64,000 bases of DNA from positions 8,466 to 72,465 of the forward strand of contig JADJRH010000002.1 of assembly GCA_016712345.1 (NCBI GenBank), in the 5' to 3' direction. The position numbers were made by a program, and so were the translations under genes. Shown one piece after another: positions 63,642-64,000 of this stretch. Position 1 is the first letter of the stretch. Every line of letters begins with the position of its first letter. The stretch comes from Polyangiaceae bacterium (GTDB lineage: Bacteria > Myxococcota_A > Polyangia > Polyangiales > Polyangiaceae). The notes below the pieces were generated by a model that worked only from the letters and a program-made list of their open reading frames with translations, was not told the DNA's origin and searched no databases.

Positions 63642-64000
63642 GTTTGGGGGGTTGCATTGGGTGGGCCGTGAGGATTTGGGGGAATTCAGGGCTGCTGGGT
63701 GGTCGGTGGGGTGTCGGCCGTCGGCAGTGGAGCGTCGGTCGACATTTACAAAAAGCTGCTTTCTAGCAAATTCACCTAGGCCCTGGAGTTGAGTTTCCTG
63801 TAGTCTTGCGGTTGGCCTGCGGTTGGCGGCCGCCGTCCGGGGTAAGATTCAGAGGGCCCATGATCCAGCAAAAAAGAAGCGTGGGTGTACACCGGTTGAG
63901 GGGGGCTTTCCCGGCCCGAAAGGTGGGGTGGAGCACGGCGTTTGCCGGTGCGACGTTTGTTCTAACTGCGCTGGAGAGCGGTGTGGCGTTGGGGGACGAC

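Noticed and set aside
1-64000. Insertion sequences, transposons, tRNA or rRNA genes.
   Set aside because: No transposase-like ORF, no terminal inverted repeats with target duplications, and no tRNA- or rRNA-like segments were seen. All repeated units are explained as integron cassettes.

Overview
This window is almost entirely one very large sedentary (chromosomal-type) integron cassette array, with the integron integrase gene intI (62628..63641, minus strand) at its right-hand end.

Orientation and boundaries
- I count about 46 attC recombination sites. Each is an imperfect palindrome of roughly 90-170 bp, reading RYYYAAC ... GTTRRRY on the + strand and spaced 1.0-2.7 kb apart.
- In every attC checked, the extra unpaired bases sit in the 3' arm as read on the + strand. 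That makes the + strand the recombinogenic bottom strand, so the array's top strand is the window's minus strand.
- intI is therefore on the same strand as the cassettes and upstream of them: the 'inverted integrase' layout (intI -> attI -> cassettes). A candidate attI core lies at about 62056..62130.

Cassettes with credible genes (about half)
- Most genes are on the minus strand, as expected for this orientation.
- Four toxin-antitoxin (TA) modules: BrnT/BrnA, HEPN/nucleotidyltransferase, HicA/HicB and VapB/VapC.
- Defence-like cargo: a three-gene TIR-domain operon (TIR protein, an unknown protein, and a DUF559/Vsr-like endonuclease); a SIR2-like protein with a helical repeat tail; a PAAR-domain protein followed by a large secreted-looking protein; a GIY-YIG nuclease paired with an unknown protein; and two HNH nucleases.
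- Other: a duplicated polytopic membrane protein, secreted/lipoprotein genes, and several unknown proteins.
- Unusual content: six paralogous cassettes each carry an ECF-type sigma-70 factor gene antisense to the array, each with a conserved ~330-bp leader. Three cassettes carry a GxxExxY (PD-(D/E)XK) protein behind a 32-bp perfect hairpin.

Cassettes with no credible ORF (the other half)
- These are about 1.0-1.2 kb each and fall into four related families (N1-N4) sharing a ~250-bp core.
- Recurring motifs include the palindrome TGTGTACAC, AAGCGAAGCGCGA, CTACCCA, and, in family N3, tandem GTCAACCA octamer arrays.

attC peculiarities
- Many attC sites share a conserved central hairpin (CAGAGCG-GCCGAAGGA-CGCTCTG) while their arms co-vary.
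- Nearly every cassette ends, on the + strand, with the same ~30-nt sequence (TCTACCCACAAAATTCTGTGTRCCYAAC).

No rRNA, tRNA, CRISPR array or IS element was recognised. Coordinates of attC sites are read by eye and may be off by 1-3 nt.
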